From Octopus vulgaris (Eukaryota): 64,000 nucleotides of DNA. Position numbers and translations under genes: made by a program. The first letter of the stretch is position 1; every line of letters starts with the position of its first letter. Below the pieces are notes generated by a model. The model saw nothing but the letters and a program-made list of their open reading frames with translations, searched no databases and had not been told where the DNA came from. The stretch spans positions 89,590,001 to 89,654,000 of the forward strand of contig OX597819.1 in NCBI GenBank assembly GCA_951406725.2. The letters run 5' to 3'. Positions 30,319-53,519 of this stretch are shown in pieces.

Positions 30319-31824
30319 NNNNNNNNNNNNNNNNNNNNNNNNNNNNNNNNNNNNNNNNNNNNNNNNNNNNNNNNNNNNNNNNNNNNNNNNNNNNNNNNNN
30401 NNNNNNNNNNNNNNNNNNCACACCCACACAGCACACAATATATGCATAAAATATACATGTATTTTAATACTATACTGTATATATATATAATGTATATATA
30501 TATACATGGCTTTATTATACATGTAACATATATACAAACATAGTATATATATATATATATATATACAATAAGCAACAACATATACTGTATAAAGAAATCA
30601 CATCTATATATCATTCTGATATATAAACAGTATTACCAATATTGGTTTTGATATATATAATATACAATATAATATAAGTAAATGATATATATATATATCC
30701 ACATCATATATATATAATGTATATATATAACATATATATATATATATATATATACTATCATATATACATATCCAGCATAAATATGTACAATTGTATATAT
30801 TGTATATATCCATACATATATACATATACATATATATATATATACATATATACATCCATCTATCTATATCTATATACTATCTATACATATATACATAATT
30901 AAATATAATTAAGGGTACACACACTACACCAATATAACAAAACAAAACACACTACATACATATACATGTGTATATATATATATATAAGACATATACATGT
31001 ATATATATATAAATATATATATATATGTAAGAATATACAAATTCACAACACAACAAACACAATACATATACACACACACACACACAACCAAAAAATAACA
31101 GATATATATTTCAAAATGTATATATAATATGTAAAATATATAGATAACATATATAAGATACACAACAGAAAATAACATTTGTATATAAAATAAAACATTA
31201 CAGATATATATAAAGACATTATTAATTTAATAAATATATAAAACAAACAGTATCATTACAGTATAAAGTGATACCATTATCGTACTATAATTTTATAATC
31301 GCTATATAACAGTCAATATACATACAGTGATATATATATATATACATGTATATATATTTTTCATTCAAATACAAACAGTATATATATATATCGTATATGT
31401 ACATATATGTCAAAGTTATCATTCTATTATGACAATACAGTAATATTATACATATATACATCCATCTATCTATATATACAATACAGTATATATATATAAA
31501 TGTATACAAAGGTGGATAAATATAGAAAATATATAAATATTTACACACACATAATACATATATATAAATACAAATATTAAATGTAATATACACACACACA
31601 CACAAAAAACATACAAATAGAACACTATATATACATTAAAATCTATATATGCAAAATACAAGAGTGTATTATATATTATATACTCTCTACTCTCTCTCTC
31701 TCTATCTCTCTCTCTCTAACACACACATATATATATAGATATATATATATATTTGTATCCATCACATATATACATATACATGTATATATATATAAAAGAT
31801 ATATCATCTATCTATCTATATATC

Positions 31825-31862
<38 letters not shown>

Positions 31863-31867
31863 CTCTC

Positions 31868-31905
<38 letters not shown>

Positions 31906-31939
31906 TAAATATCTATCATATATGCATATGTTATGCATT

Positions 31940-32453
31940 CAGTTATGGTCACCATCCAGTGTCAAGTTGATCACAGACTAGGCGATCCAACGTAGCTACA
32001 CGAAGAAAATAGCCTCTCAGAATTTTACTGGGAAAGACTCAAGAGATTAAAACTATATTCCTTGGAGCGTAGGCGGGAAAGATATGCCATAATATACATC
32101 TGGAAGATCCTGGAGGAGTGTCCTAAACTAACAGAGTTACGAAATGCCAGAACTGGGCATGCGTGGTGCTAATAATTTGCCATCAAGATGTAGGACAAGA
32201 TTCTGTGATAGCCTGGGTCGGGACAGCTCTTCAATATCTTGAAGAAGAGAGACCTGCATGGAGATGATGTCTTTAAAAAGAAATGGATCTCTTCCTGAGG
32301 TGTAATGAACCAATATAAATCAGATAAATCGAATATATATAAAATGGCATTTGCTAAAAAATCGTGAATAAAACCAATAGCAACACCAAATGGCGGTGCC
32401 TCAGTATGGCCACAGCTCATATTGATAACTAGAATCAATCAATCAATCAATCA
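31940..32453 (+). mobile_element. CR1-group LINE 3' fragment (error-rich or degraded)
   Basis: Matches 38995-39594 with many small deletions; ends GGCGGTGCCTCAGTATGGCCACAGCTC..(AATC)n. Confidence 0.85.
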
Positions 32454-32516
32454 TGCATGTATATATATATATATATATATATACATATATATATACATCC
32501 ATCTAACTATATATAC

Positions 32517-32551
<35 letters not shown>

Positions 32552-32555
<4 letters not shown>

Positions 32556-32998
32556 CTGCAACCTGCTGCTTATTAACCATTCTGTTGGCGATCGTATCTC
32601 GACCAACATGTGTGTCCCCCTCTACCGTAAGGTAATTATTTCTACGCCAGCGTTGCTTGTTGTTGTTGTTTTTGTCTCATTTGGTCTAAAGTCGTATGAC
32701 AACCACCGTTATATATATTTTGTTTATCCATTACTGTTTTCAATTTCGTTTTCGTCTCTTGTATTTACATCCGTCTCTTGCGTTTACATTCTTGTCTTCT
32801 ACCAAGAAATCTAATGCTTACAGCTTAGTTTTTTTCTTGGGGCTGGCCGAGTTGGAGCAAATATCAGAATTGAACAGCCGAAATTTGCTATGATGATTCC
32901 GTGTCTGACTGAAGATTGAAGGCTTCGAATGATTTGTCTGTGTTCCGTGTTCTGCCCTTCCTGTATTTCACGTTCTTTATATATAAAAACATTTATTC
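32552..32998 (+). mobile_element. Unclassified non-coding repeat in (TA)n; related fragment at 37495-37615 (-)
   Basis: Shared CAGCCGAAATT..ATGATGA..TGACTGAAGATTGAAGGCTTCGAATG motif in both places. Confidence 0.55.
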
Positions 32999-33054
32999 TT
33001 ATATATATATATATATATACACATATATATATACACATCCATCTATATATACAT

Positions 33055-33085
<31 letters not shown>

Positions 33086-33177
33086 CATATATATATACAC
33101 ATCCATCTATATATACATGTATACATACACACATACACATATATATACACACATCCATCTATATATACATATACATG

Positions 33178-33221
<44 letters not shown>

Positions 33222-33427
33222 CATATATATATATACTTATGTATATATATATACATATATATATATACTTATGTATATATATATATATATATATATACTT
33301 ATGTATATATATACATATATATATATACTTATGTATATATATACATATATATATACTTATGTATATATATATATATATATATACTTATGTATATATATAC
33401 ATATATATATACATATATATATACATG

Positions 33428-33490
<63 letters not shown>

Positions 33491-33495
33491 TTATG

Positions 33496-33550
<55 letters not shown>

Positions 33551-33551
33551 T

Positions 33552-33818
<267 letters not shown>

Positions 33819-33839
33819 ATATATATATATATATATATA

Positions 33840-33968
<129 letters not shown>

Positions 33969-34006
33969 ATATACTTTATTTTAAGCAGCAGAAAATTCAA
34001 CAAAAT

Positions 34007-34044
34007 CTGTTACTCTGAGTTTCTCGTTGCCGTTCATCAGACAG
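34007..34044 (-). ncRNA. Minimal type I hammerhead at PLE 3' terminus
   Basis: CTGT-CTGATGA-ACG-GCAA-CGA-GAAA-CTCAGAG-TA-ACAG. Confidence 0.8.
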
Positions 34045-35013
34045 TTTTTGCTACAAATGGAACCGATATATCAATTCAATCTAGACTCTTACAAACGCTA
34101 CACCTTTAAAAAGAAATGGACTTGTTTGATTGGCCCTTTAGAAAAAACGGTCAATCTTCGATTTATCAAACAAAAAGGTCAAAAAATATAAATATTACAC
34201 TGCAATACATATTTATATTAAAATGTACATATATATATCAACATACACAGAAGGATGCGTGCAAACGCCATACATATACAGACGTATAAATATAAATCTA
34301 AATATATACATAAATGCATGCGTACATATATTCACGCAAACCATCTCGCACGCAAGTTAAAAACATCTATGTAGCGATTCTCATATACTGAGTAAGGGGG
34401 GGAACGAAAGAAAGGAAGAGAAAGAAAAAGGAACGAAGGAGGGGTGGGGAAAAATGAAATAAGAAAAAATTATGTATACAAGTTGTGTAACGGCATTATT
34501 GACATATATGGAGACAAGTATACAGATACACAAGTTCTGGATAATGGATACATATACATACAATCGTGTATATGTGTGCTTAAGCACAAACAGACGTTCC
34601 ATTACACATACACAGATACGCATGCTTACAAATACATATCCATGGCTATACACATACTTATATAAAAATTCTAATTTTTGACAACATTGCTTTTTTTTAA
34701 AAAAACATTGCTTTTTTTAAAAAAATGGGTGCACTAATAAAAATATATACGAAAGACATATAAAATAAAATATAACACCCTATTTTGATCATTTATAAAT
34801 AATCAAGGTAATCCTATACAATACAATAACGTGAAATAAACAAAGTCGAAGGTTTTTCCTAATGTATATGTAGAAACATAAGACTTTGCTATACGGATTA
34901 AAAATCCGCATAGTTTGAAACAAAAACAAAAACAAAATCAAAATCCATCGTAGCGCTCACAGTTCAAGAGTCAAAATCAAAATTAAAAAAATCAAAAATA
35001 CAAAATATATACT

Positions 35014-36351
35014 CTATCCATATGGTATATTTATATTCGACATTTTAAATTTAGCCGCATGCCTACATAAGTTCATTAGCTCACTTCTTTGATTCAAAGA
35101 ATTATTGTCTTTGAATAAGATGTACATTTTCTCTAATAGGCAAAGTTTGCACTTGAAATTATTTTTGTATGCTCCATGCCTGTATGGTGCCGCCCTGTCC
35201 AGAATGCTCCATGTCACGTTGAAAGGTGGGGTTTCCTTTTCTTGTAGTTCCCAGACATATTTTGCTAGGCTGGTCCTCTTCCTATTTTCTGGGTATTTAA
35301 ATGAATTTTTATGAGAATAAAATCTTGTTTTAAATGAATTTTCTGAAGCCCCTGTGTATGTCTTGTATTCCGATGAGCCTTCCACTTGCACCTTGGCTCT
35401 ATAAACTACTCCTTTCACTAGACATTTCCCTTCTAACGGACAGGAGCTTTCGTTTTTGAAATTGCATTTCTTCATGGGCTCGGCACCATGTCTAATCTCA
35501 ATTAGCTTCCTATTATGTTGGCTAATGTAAGAGGCGAAATTTCTGCAACAAGAATAGCTAACCTTTAGGGTACTTCTATTAAATATCCTATAGAATTTAT
35601 GACCCTGCTTAAAATGCTTAGAGACTAATCTCAAAAATTCCTTACCTACATTAGTCTTTACGGCCAAATTGAAAGCCGGGTTGAACCACAAAACTTTCCT
35701 GGTCCTAGTTCTTCGTGCAGCATTATTATCAGCATTAAGCTGGTTGTACTGGATCTTCTCAGAGAATCCACTATTCTTTAATGCGCTATCGTAATAAGGT
35801 GCAGCATTATGGAATGCTGCCTCGTCCGAAGAAATTGAAGATATTCTTCTACCTACATTGCTGACTAAGTTGCTAAGGATAACTGGTGGATGGTTCGAAT
35901 CTTTGCTAATATACGATAGCTTTTCATTGGGCTTACGGAAAGGTTTAAATCTATCCGACCTTACATTAAAATTTACGTCTAAAAAATCTACACTATTCAG
36001 GTTAGCATCTATCGTAACCCGTAAGCCCATCCTTTGAAAGAAAGCTATAAGGTCCTTCCTAAGTCTATCTGATTCATGGCCGTTTAGATTATGCGTGGCT
36101 ATAAGGCCGTCATCCCTATATAAACCTGCATCTATAAATGGGAATTCTATTTTTAGATTATGGAGAATAAAGGCTCCTATGAGCATACATAACTCAGCCC
36201 CGTCGTATGCCCCCATTGGTACATCGAAAAGAGAATCCTCAGTCTTCTTAATCCAGGTGGAATCCTCGGAAAAAAGAAGCGATTTCCTCGCATGCATAAT
36301 AATATCAATTTCCGAGCTATCGATGTTGACATACTGCTTGGCGAAGTCCAA
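35014..36351 (-). CDS. PLE reverse transcriptase / GIY-YIG endonuclease, C-terminal 445 aa
   Basis: MGAYDGAE, GLYRDD, DFLDVNF, SNHPP, LWFNP, CNFKNESSCPLEGKC, GVVY..TYTGAS..FKTRF, CKLCLLEK..LNQRSE..CRH; native stop at 35014. Confidence 0.9.
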   Translation of the reverse strand: MDFAKQYVNIDSSEIDIIMHARKSLLFSEDSTWIKKTEDSLFDVPMGAYDGAELCMLIGAFILHNLKIEFPFIDAGLYRDDGLIATHNLNGHESDRLRKDLIAFFQRMGLRVTIDANLNSVDFLDVNFNVRSDRFKPFRKPNEKLSYISKDSNHPPVILSNLVSNVGRRISSISSDEAAFHNAAPYYDSALKNSGFSEKIQYNQLNADNNAARRTRTRKVLWFNPAFNLAVKTNVGKEFLRLVSKHFKQGHKFYRIFNRSTLKVSYSCCRNFASYISQHNRKLIEIRHGAEPMKKCNFKNESSCPLEGKCLVKGVVYRAKVQVEGSSEYKTYTGASENSFKTRFYSHKNSFKYPENRKRTSLAKYVWELQEKETPPFNVTWSILDRAAPYRHGAYKNNFKCKLCLLEKMYILFKDNNSLNQRSELMNLCRHAAKFKMSNINIPYG

Positions 36352-36560
36352 TGCCTCTTAGGAGCAACGTCCTTAGATATTGACGGGTAAAAGTCAATAA
36401 TGTCGAATTGTGTGAAACTACAATTATTTTTATAGCTAATACCTTTAAACCACTCTATGACTGTATTTTAGTATAAGTTAGATAGTGAAGTAGACTTGAG
36501 AATTTGGAAGAATATAAGGAAGAATGTATATATATATATATATATATAGATATATACATA

Positions 36561-37137
36561 TGATTTTGATTTTGATTTTTCAAGTTTTAGCTAATGAGCT
36601 GTGGCCATGCTGGGGCACCGCCATTTGGTTTGCTACACAATTTTACCTCATGGATGCTTTTTAGCAAACGCCATCTGATGCATGAGAGAGTTCGATGCAG
36701 CTGCCCTCATCTGCACCTCCTCCTGCTGTGATGTTGGTTCATCTGGGACACCTGACAGGAAGAGATCCAGTCCTATTTTAAAGACAGCTGCATCTACACC
36801 AGGTTCTTCGGGAGGATATTGAAGAGCTGTGGGCCTCTGAAGCCCAGGCTGTCACAGTATCTTGTCCTACATATTGATGGCAAATTTGGAGTCCTTGGCA
36901 CTACGCAGTGGCGTCCAAGTTCTGGCATTTGTGTGACTCTCGATGTCAAAGTTTGGGACAAGTCCTTCCAGGATCTTCCAGATATATATTATGGCATATC
37001 TTTCTCGCCTACGCTCCAGGGAATAGAGCTTTAATATCTTGAGTCTTTCCCAGTAGCTCATATGCTGCATGGAGGCTATCTTCTTCATGTAGCTTCGTTG
37101 GATCGCCTCAAGTTCTGTGATCAACTTGACACTGGAT
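36561..37137 (-). mobile_element. CR1-group LINE 3' fragment
   Basis: [21 protein letters not shown]; tail GGCGGTGCCCCAGCATGGCCACAGCTCATTAGCTAAAAC-(AAAATC)n. Confidence 0.9.
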
Positions 37138-37288
37138 NNNNNNNNNNNNNNNNNNNNNNNNNNNNNNNNNNNNNNNNNNNNNNNNNNNNNNNNNNNNNNN
37201 NNNNNNNNNNNNNNNNNNNNNNNNNNNNNNNNNNNNNTATACGAGATCTTGATGTGTTTTTTTATTAATGGATACTTAGATATGCTTA

Positions 37289-37362
<74 letters not shown>

Positions 37363-37611
37363 CATATCTATGAGCGAGTAGGTGTGTCTGTGTGTGGGAG
37401 CTAAGTACTCCCACATTAGCAGCAGTATCTGTTATATTTACAAAATATGAAAATCAAGACTACACACACGTGTGTGTGTGTGTGTGTGTGTGTGTAAATG
37501 TAAAAAATACAAACTGGGACAAGAACGTAAAACATTTAGAAGACGATACAAAAAACACGGACGGGACATTCGAAGCCTTCAATCTTCAGTCATCATTCGC
37601 AATTTCGGCTG

Positions 37612-37723
<112 letters not shown>

Positions 37724-37784
37724 TATATACATATATATATACATATATATATACATATATATATATATATACATATATATATAC

Positions 37785-37839
<55 letters not shown>

Positions 37840-37846
37840 TATATAC

Positions 37847-37895
<49 letters not shown>

Positions 37896-38001
37896 CATAT
37901 ATATATATACATATATATATACATAATATATATATATATACATATATATATATACATATACATATATATATACATATATATATATACATATATATATACA
38001 C

Positions 38002-38040
<39 letters not shown>

Positions 38041-38063
38041 TATATACATATATATATATATAC

Positions 38064-38112
<49 letters not shown>

Positions 38113-38117
38113 TATAC

Positions 38118-38162
<45 letters not shown>

Positions 38163-38471
38163 CATATATATACATATATATATATACATATATATATACA
38201 TATATATATACATATATATATACATATATATATATACATATATATACATACATATATATATAGTATATATACATATATATATACATATATATATACATAT
38301 ATATATACATATATATATACATATATATATACATATATATATACATATATATATATATACATATATATATACATATATATATACATATATATATATATAC
38401 ATATATATATATACATATATATATATATACATATATATATACATATATACATATATATATACATATACATA

Positions 38472-38585
<114 letters not shown>

Positions 38586-38638
38586 TATATACATATATAT
38601 ATACATATATATATACATATATATATACATATATATAC

Positions 38639-38759
<121 letters not shown>

Positions 38760-38810
38760 CATATATACATATATATATATATTTATATATACATATATAT
38801 ATATATATAC

Positions 38811-38857
<47 letters not shown>

Positions 38858-38858
38858 C

Positions 38859-38949
<91 letters not shown>

Positions 38950-38950
38950 C

Positions 38951-39594
38951 ATGGTCCTCTGGAAGACACTTGTCCTAAGCCACTTTGACTATTGCTCTCA
39001 GCTATGGTCACCATCCAGTGTCAAGTTGATCACTGAACTTGAGGCGATCCAACGAAGCTACACAAAGAAGATAGCCTCTATGCAGAATGTAAGCTACTGG
39101 GAAAGACTCAAGAGATTAAAATTATATTCCCTGGAGCGTAGGCGGGAAAGATATGCCATAATATACATCTGGAAGATCCTGGAGGGAAAGTGTCCTGAAC
39201 TTTGGCATCGAGAGTTACGCAAATGCCAGAACTGGGCGCCACTGCGTGGTGCCTAGGACTCCAAACCTGCCATCAAGATGTAGGACAAGATACTGTGATA
39301 GCCTGGGCTTCCGAGGCCCACAGCTCTTCAATATCCTCCCGAAGAACCTGAGAGACCTGCATGGGGTGGATACAGATGTCTTTAAAATGAAGCTGGATCT
39401 CTTCCTGTCAGGTGTCCCAGATGAACCAACTTCACGGCAGGAGGGGCAGATTAAGGGCAGCTGCATCAAACTCTCTCATGCACCAAATAGCAGTTGCTAG
39501 AAAGCCTCCATGAAGTGAAACCAAGTAGCAACACCAAATGGCGGTGCCCCAGCATGGCCACAGCTCATAAGCTGGAACTAGAATCAATCAATCA
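38951..39594 (+). mobile_element. CR1-group LINE 3' fragment, 5'-truncated, inserted in (TA)n
   Basis: Near-identical to the reverse complement of 49677-50185, plus an intact 3' tail and (AATC)n. Confidence 0.92.
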
Positions 39595-40067
39595 ATATAT
39601 ATATATACATATATACATATATATATATACATATATATATACATATATATACATATATATATACATATATATATACATATATATATACATATATATATAC
39701 ATATATATACATATATATATAGATATATATACATATATATATATATATACATATATATACATATATATACACATATATATATACATATATATACACATAT
39801 ATATACATATATATACACATATATATACACATATATATATACATATATATATACATATATATACATATATATATACATATATATACATATATATACATAT
39901 ATATATACATATATATATACATATATACATATATATATACATATATATATACATATATACATATATATATACATATATATACATATATATATACATATAT
40001 ATATACATATATACATATATATACATATATATATACATATATACATATATATACATATATATGTACA

Positions 40068-40103
<36 letters not shown>

Positions 40104-40406
40104 CATATATATACATATATATGTACATATATATATATATATACATATATATACATATATACATATATATACATATATATGTACATATATATACATATAT
40201 ATATACATATATACATATATATACATATATATGTACATATATATATATATACATATATATACATATATACATATATATACATATATATGTACATATATAA
40301 ACATATATATATACATATATATATACATATATACATATATATACATATATATGTACATATATATATATATACATATATATACATATATATATACATATAT
40401 ATATAC

Positions 40407-40437
<31 letters not shown>

Positions 40438-40778
40438 CATATATACATATATATATATACATATATATATACATATACATATACATATATATACATATAT
40501 ATATACATATATATACATATATATACATATATATATACATATATATACATATATATATACATATATATACATATATATATATATACATATATACATATAT
40601 ATATATATACATATATATATACATATATATATATATATACATATATATACATATATATATATACATATATATACATATATATATACATATATATACATAT
40701 ATATATATACATATATATATATACATATATATACATATATACATATATACATATATATATATACATATATATATATAC

Positions 40779-40841
<63 letters not shown>

Positions 40842-41017
40842 CATATATATACATATATATATATATACATATATATATATACATATATATATACATATAT
40901 ACATATATATACATATATATATATATACATATATATATACATATATATACATATATATACATATATATATAATAATATATATATACATATATATATACAT
41001 ATATATACATATAATAC

Positions 41018-41054
<37 letters not shown>

Positions 41055-41191
41055 CATATATATACATATATATACATATACATATATATATACATATATA
41101 TATACATATATATACATATATATATACATATATATATATATATACATATATATATACATATATATATACATATATATACATATATATACAC

Positions 41192-41224
<33 letters not shown>

Positions 41225-41275
41225 CATATATATACACATATATATACATATATATACATATATATATATATATAC

Positions 41276-41308
<33 letters not shown>

Positions 41309-41403
41309 CATATATATACATATATATACATATATATACATATATATATATACATACATATATATATACATATATATATACATATATATACATATATATA
41401 TAT

Positions 41404-41456
<53 letters not shown>

Positions 41457-41463
41457 TATATAC

Positions 41464-41600
<137 letters not shown>

Positions 41601-41601
41601 C

Positions 41602-41636
<35 letters not shown>

Positions 41637-41673
41637 CATATATATATACATATATATATATACATATATATAC

Positions 41674-41772
<99 letters not shown>

Positions 41773-41911
41773 CACATATATATACATATATATACATATA
41801 TATATACATATATATATATATATACATATATATACATATATATACATACATATATATACATATATATATACATATATACATATATATACATATATATATA
41901 CATATATATAC

Positions 41912-41944
<33 letters not shown>

Positions 41945-41957
41945 CATATATATATAC

Positions 41958-42010
<53 letters not shown>

Positions 42011-42314
42011 CATATATATATACATATAATTAATTAATAAGGGTGAGAGAACTAGATACTAATTTAATAGTATATTTATTCCACACCAAGTGGCCTAGTG
42101 CTACGAGAAACCTGGATTATTATAATATTTTATAACATATTATAATATTTTCACAAAATAAATATAAGAGAGTGGTCACTATATATTGATCACTCTAGCA
42201 CCAGTTAATCCAAAAGGTTTCAACCACGAAAAATACATGTTTCCCATGAAAGCCAGTACGACTGTTAGCTCACACGGACAGGGCAAATAAAAAATAACAA
42301 AAATACAGATTATT

Positions 42315-42390
42315 TTGGGACAATTGTTTCGCTATTAATGAATTAAATGTAATATTACTTACAATAATCCATTTGTAGCTCTTCAGCCAA
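42315..42390 (-). ncRNA. Type I hammerhead ribozyme, intact core (copy 1)
   Basis: TTGG-CTGAAGA-GCTA-[AATGGATTA..TGTAA..TTACA..TAATTCATT]-TAGC-GAAA-CAATTG-TC-CCAA. Confidence 0.9.
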
Positions 42391-42848
42391 GACTATCTGG
42401 ATGAAATCCACTCAATCACACGCCATATTTTACCATAACGATAAATACGCGTGCGGTTCAATTGATTACATCGGACGTTATAATTCAAATGCCCCAACCA
42501 ACAGCGCGCCAAACTCTCACGGAAAACAAATACAGCATTTAGAAATAAATGCAGCATAATTATAATTAATTAATAAGGGTGAGAGAATTAGATACTAATT
42601 TAATAGTATATTTATTCCACACCAAGTGGCCTAGTGCTACGAGAAACCTGGATTATTATAATATTTTATAACATATTATAATATTTTCACAAAATAAATA
42701 TAAGAGAGTGGTCACTATATTGATCACTCTAGCACCGGATTAATCCAAAGGTTTCAACCACGAAAAATACATGTTTCCCATGAAAGCCAGTACGACTGTT
42801 AGCTCACACGGACAGGGCAAATAAAAAATAACAAAAATACAGATTATT

Positions 42849-42924
42849 TTGGGACAATTGTTTCGCTATTAATGAATTAAATGTAATATTACTTACAATA
42901 ATCCATTTGTAGCTCTTCAGCCAA
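42849..42924 (-). ncRNA. Type I hammerhead ribozyme, intact core (copy 2)
   Basis: Same sequence as copy 1. Confidence 0.9.
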
Positions 42925-43385
42925 GACTATCTGGATGAAATCCACCCAATCACACGCCAGATTTTACCATAACGATAAATACGCGTGCGGTTCAATTGAT
43001 TACATCCGGACGTTATAATTCAAATGTCCCAACCAACAGCGCGCCAAACTCTCACGGAAAACAAATACAGCATTTAGAAATAAATGCAGCATAATTATAA
43101 TTAATTAATAAGGGTGAGAGAGAATTAGATACTAATTTAATAGTATATTTATTCCACACCAAGTGGCCTAGTGCTACGAGAAACCTGGATTATTATAATA
43201 TTTTATAACATATTATAATATTTTCACAAAATAAATATAAGAGAGTGGTCACTATATTGATCACTCTAGCACCAGTTAATCCAAAAGGTTTCAACCACGA
43301 AAAATACATGTTTCCCATGAAAGCCAGTACGACTGTTAGCTCACACGGACAGGGCAAATAAAAAATAACAAAAATACAGATTATT

Positions 43386-43461
43386 TTGGGACAATTGTTT
43401 CGCTATTAATGAATTAAATGTAATATTACTTACAATAATCCATTTGTAGCTCTTCAGCCAA
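43386..43461 (-). ncRNA. Type I hammerhead ribozyme, intact core (copy 3)
   Basis: Same sequence as copy 1. Confidence 0.9.
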
Positions 43462-43483
43462 GACTATCTGGATGAAATCCACT

Positions 43484-43576
<93 letters not shown>

Positions 43577-43577
43577 C

Positions 43578-43624
<47 letters not shown>

Positions 43625-43683
43625 CATATATATATACATATATATATATACATACATATATATACATATATATATATATATAC

Positions 43684-43714
<31 letters not shown>

Positions 43715-43783
43715 CATATATATACATATATATATATATATATACATATATATACATATACATATACATACATATATATATAC

Positions 43784-43839
<56 letters not shown>

Positions 43840-43867
43840 TTATATATATACATATATATATATATAC

Positions 43868-43900
<33 letters not shown>

Positions 43901-43922
43901 CATATATATACATATACATATA

Positions 43923-43974
<52 letters not shown>

Positions 43975-43985
43975 CATATATATAC

Positions 43986-44118
<133 letters not shown>

Positions 44119-44143
44119 CACATATATATACATATATATATAT

Positions 44144-44210
<67 letters not shown>

Positions 44211-44211
44211 C

Positions 44212-44580
<369 letters not shown>

Positions 44581-44637
44581 CATACATATATATATATATA
44601 CATATATATACATATATATATATACATACATATACAT

Positions 44638-44671
<34 letters not shown>

Positions 44672-44683
44672 ACATATATATAC

Positions 44684-44714
<31 letters not shown>

Positions 44715-44733
44715 CATATATACATATATATAC

Positions 44734-44868
<135 letters not shown>

Positions 44869-44959
44869 CATATATATATATACATACATATATATACATA
44901 TATATATATATATATACATTATATATATACATATATATATACATACATTATATATATAC

Positions 44960-45242
<283 letters not shown>

Positions 45243-45247
45243 TATAC

Positions 45248-45316
<69 letters not shown>

Positions 45317-45350
45317 TATATACATATATATATATATATACATATATATA

Positions 45351-45414
<64 letters not shown>

Positions 45415-45423
45415 ATACATATA

Positions 45424-45455
<32 letters not shown>

Positions 45456-45484
45456 AACAAACAAAACATATAATAAAAAATACA

Positions 45485-45912
<428 letters not shown>

Positions 45913-45915
45913 TAT

Positions 45916-46282
<367 letters not shown>

Positions 46283-46287
46283 CATAC

Positions 46288-46394
<107 letters not shown>

Positions 46395-46395
46395 C

Positions 46396-46712
<317 letters not shown>

Positions 46713-46755
46713 CATATATATATACATATATATATATATACATATATATATATAC

Positions 46756-46956
<201 letters not shown>

Positions 46957-46957
46957 C

Positions 46958-49239
<2,282 letters not shown>

Positions 49240-49339
49240 NNNNNNNNNNNNNNNNNNNNNNNNNNNNNNNNNNNNNNNNNNNNNNNNNNNNNNNNNNNNN
49301 NNNNNNNNNNNNNNNNNNNNNNNNNNNNNNNNNNNNNNN

Positions 49340-53477
<4,138 letters not shown>

Positions 53478-53519
53478 GCTGGATAATCCGTCTATCCGTT
53501 TATCTATCTAATTATGTTC

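Larger units (their letters stand above)
33970..36470 (-). mobile_element. Second Naiad-like Penelope element, 5'-truncated, with ~1-kb 3' region ending in a hammerhead
   Basis: FDIIDFYPSI upstream of a frameshift, 445-aa ORF, terminal hammerhead, TA flanks. Confidence 0.92.
42027..43486 (-). mobile_element. Tandem array (~2.7 units of 534-537 bp) with one hammerhead per unit; retrozyme-like
   Basis: Units start near 42027, 42563 and 43098; near-identical; no ORF; both ends in (TA)n. Confidence 0.9.

Noticed and set aside
30419-31935. Novel low-complexity sequence
   Set aside because: Looks like scrambled TA/CA repeat next to a gap; the adjacent LINE fragment is deletion-riddled, suggesting poor consensus quality
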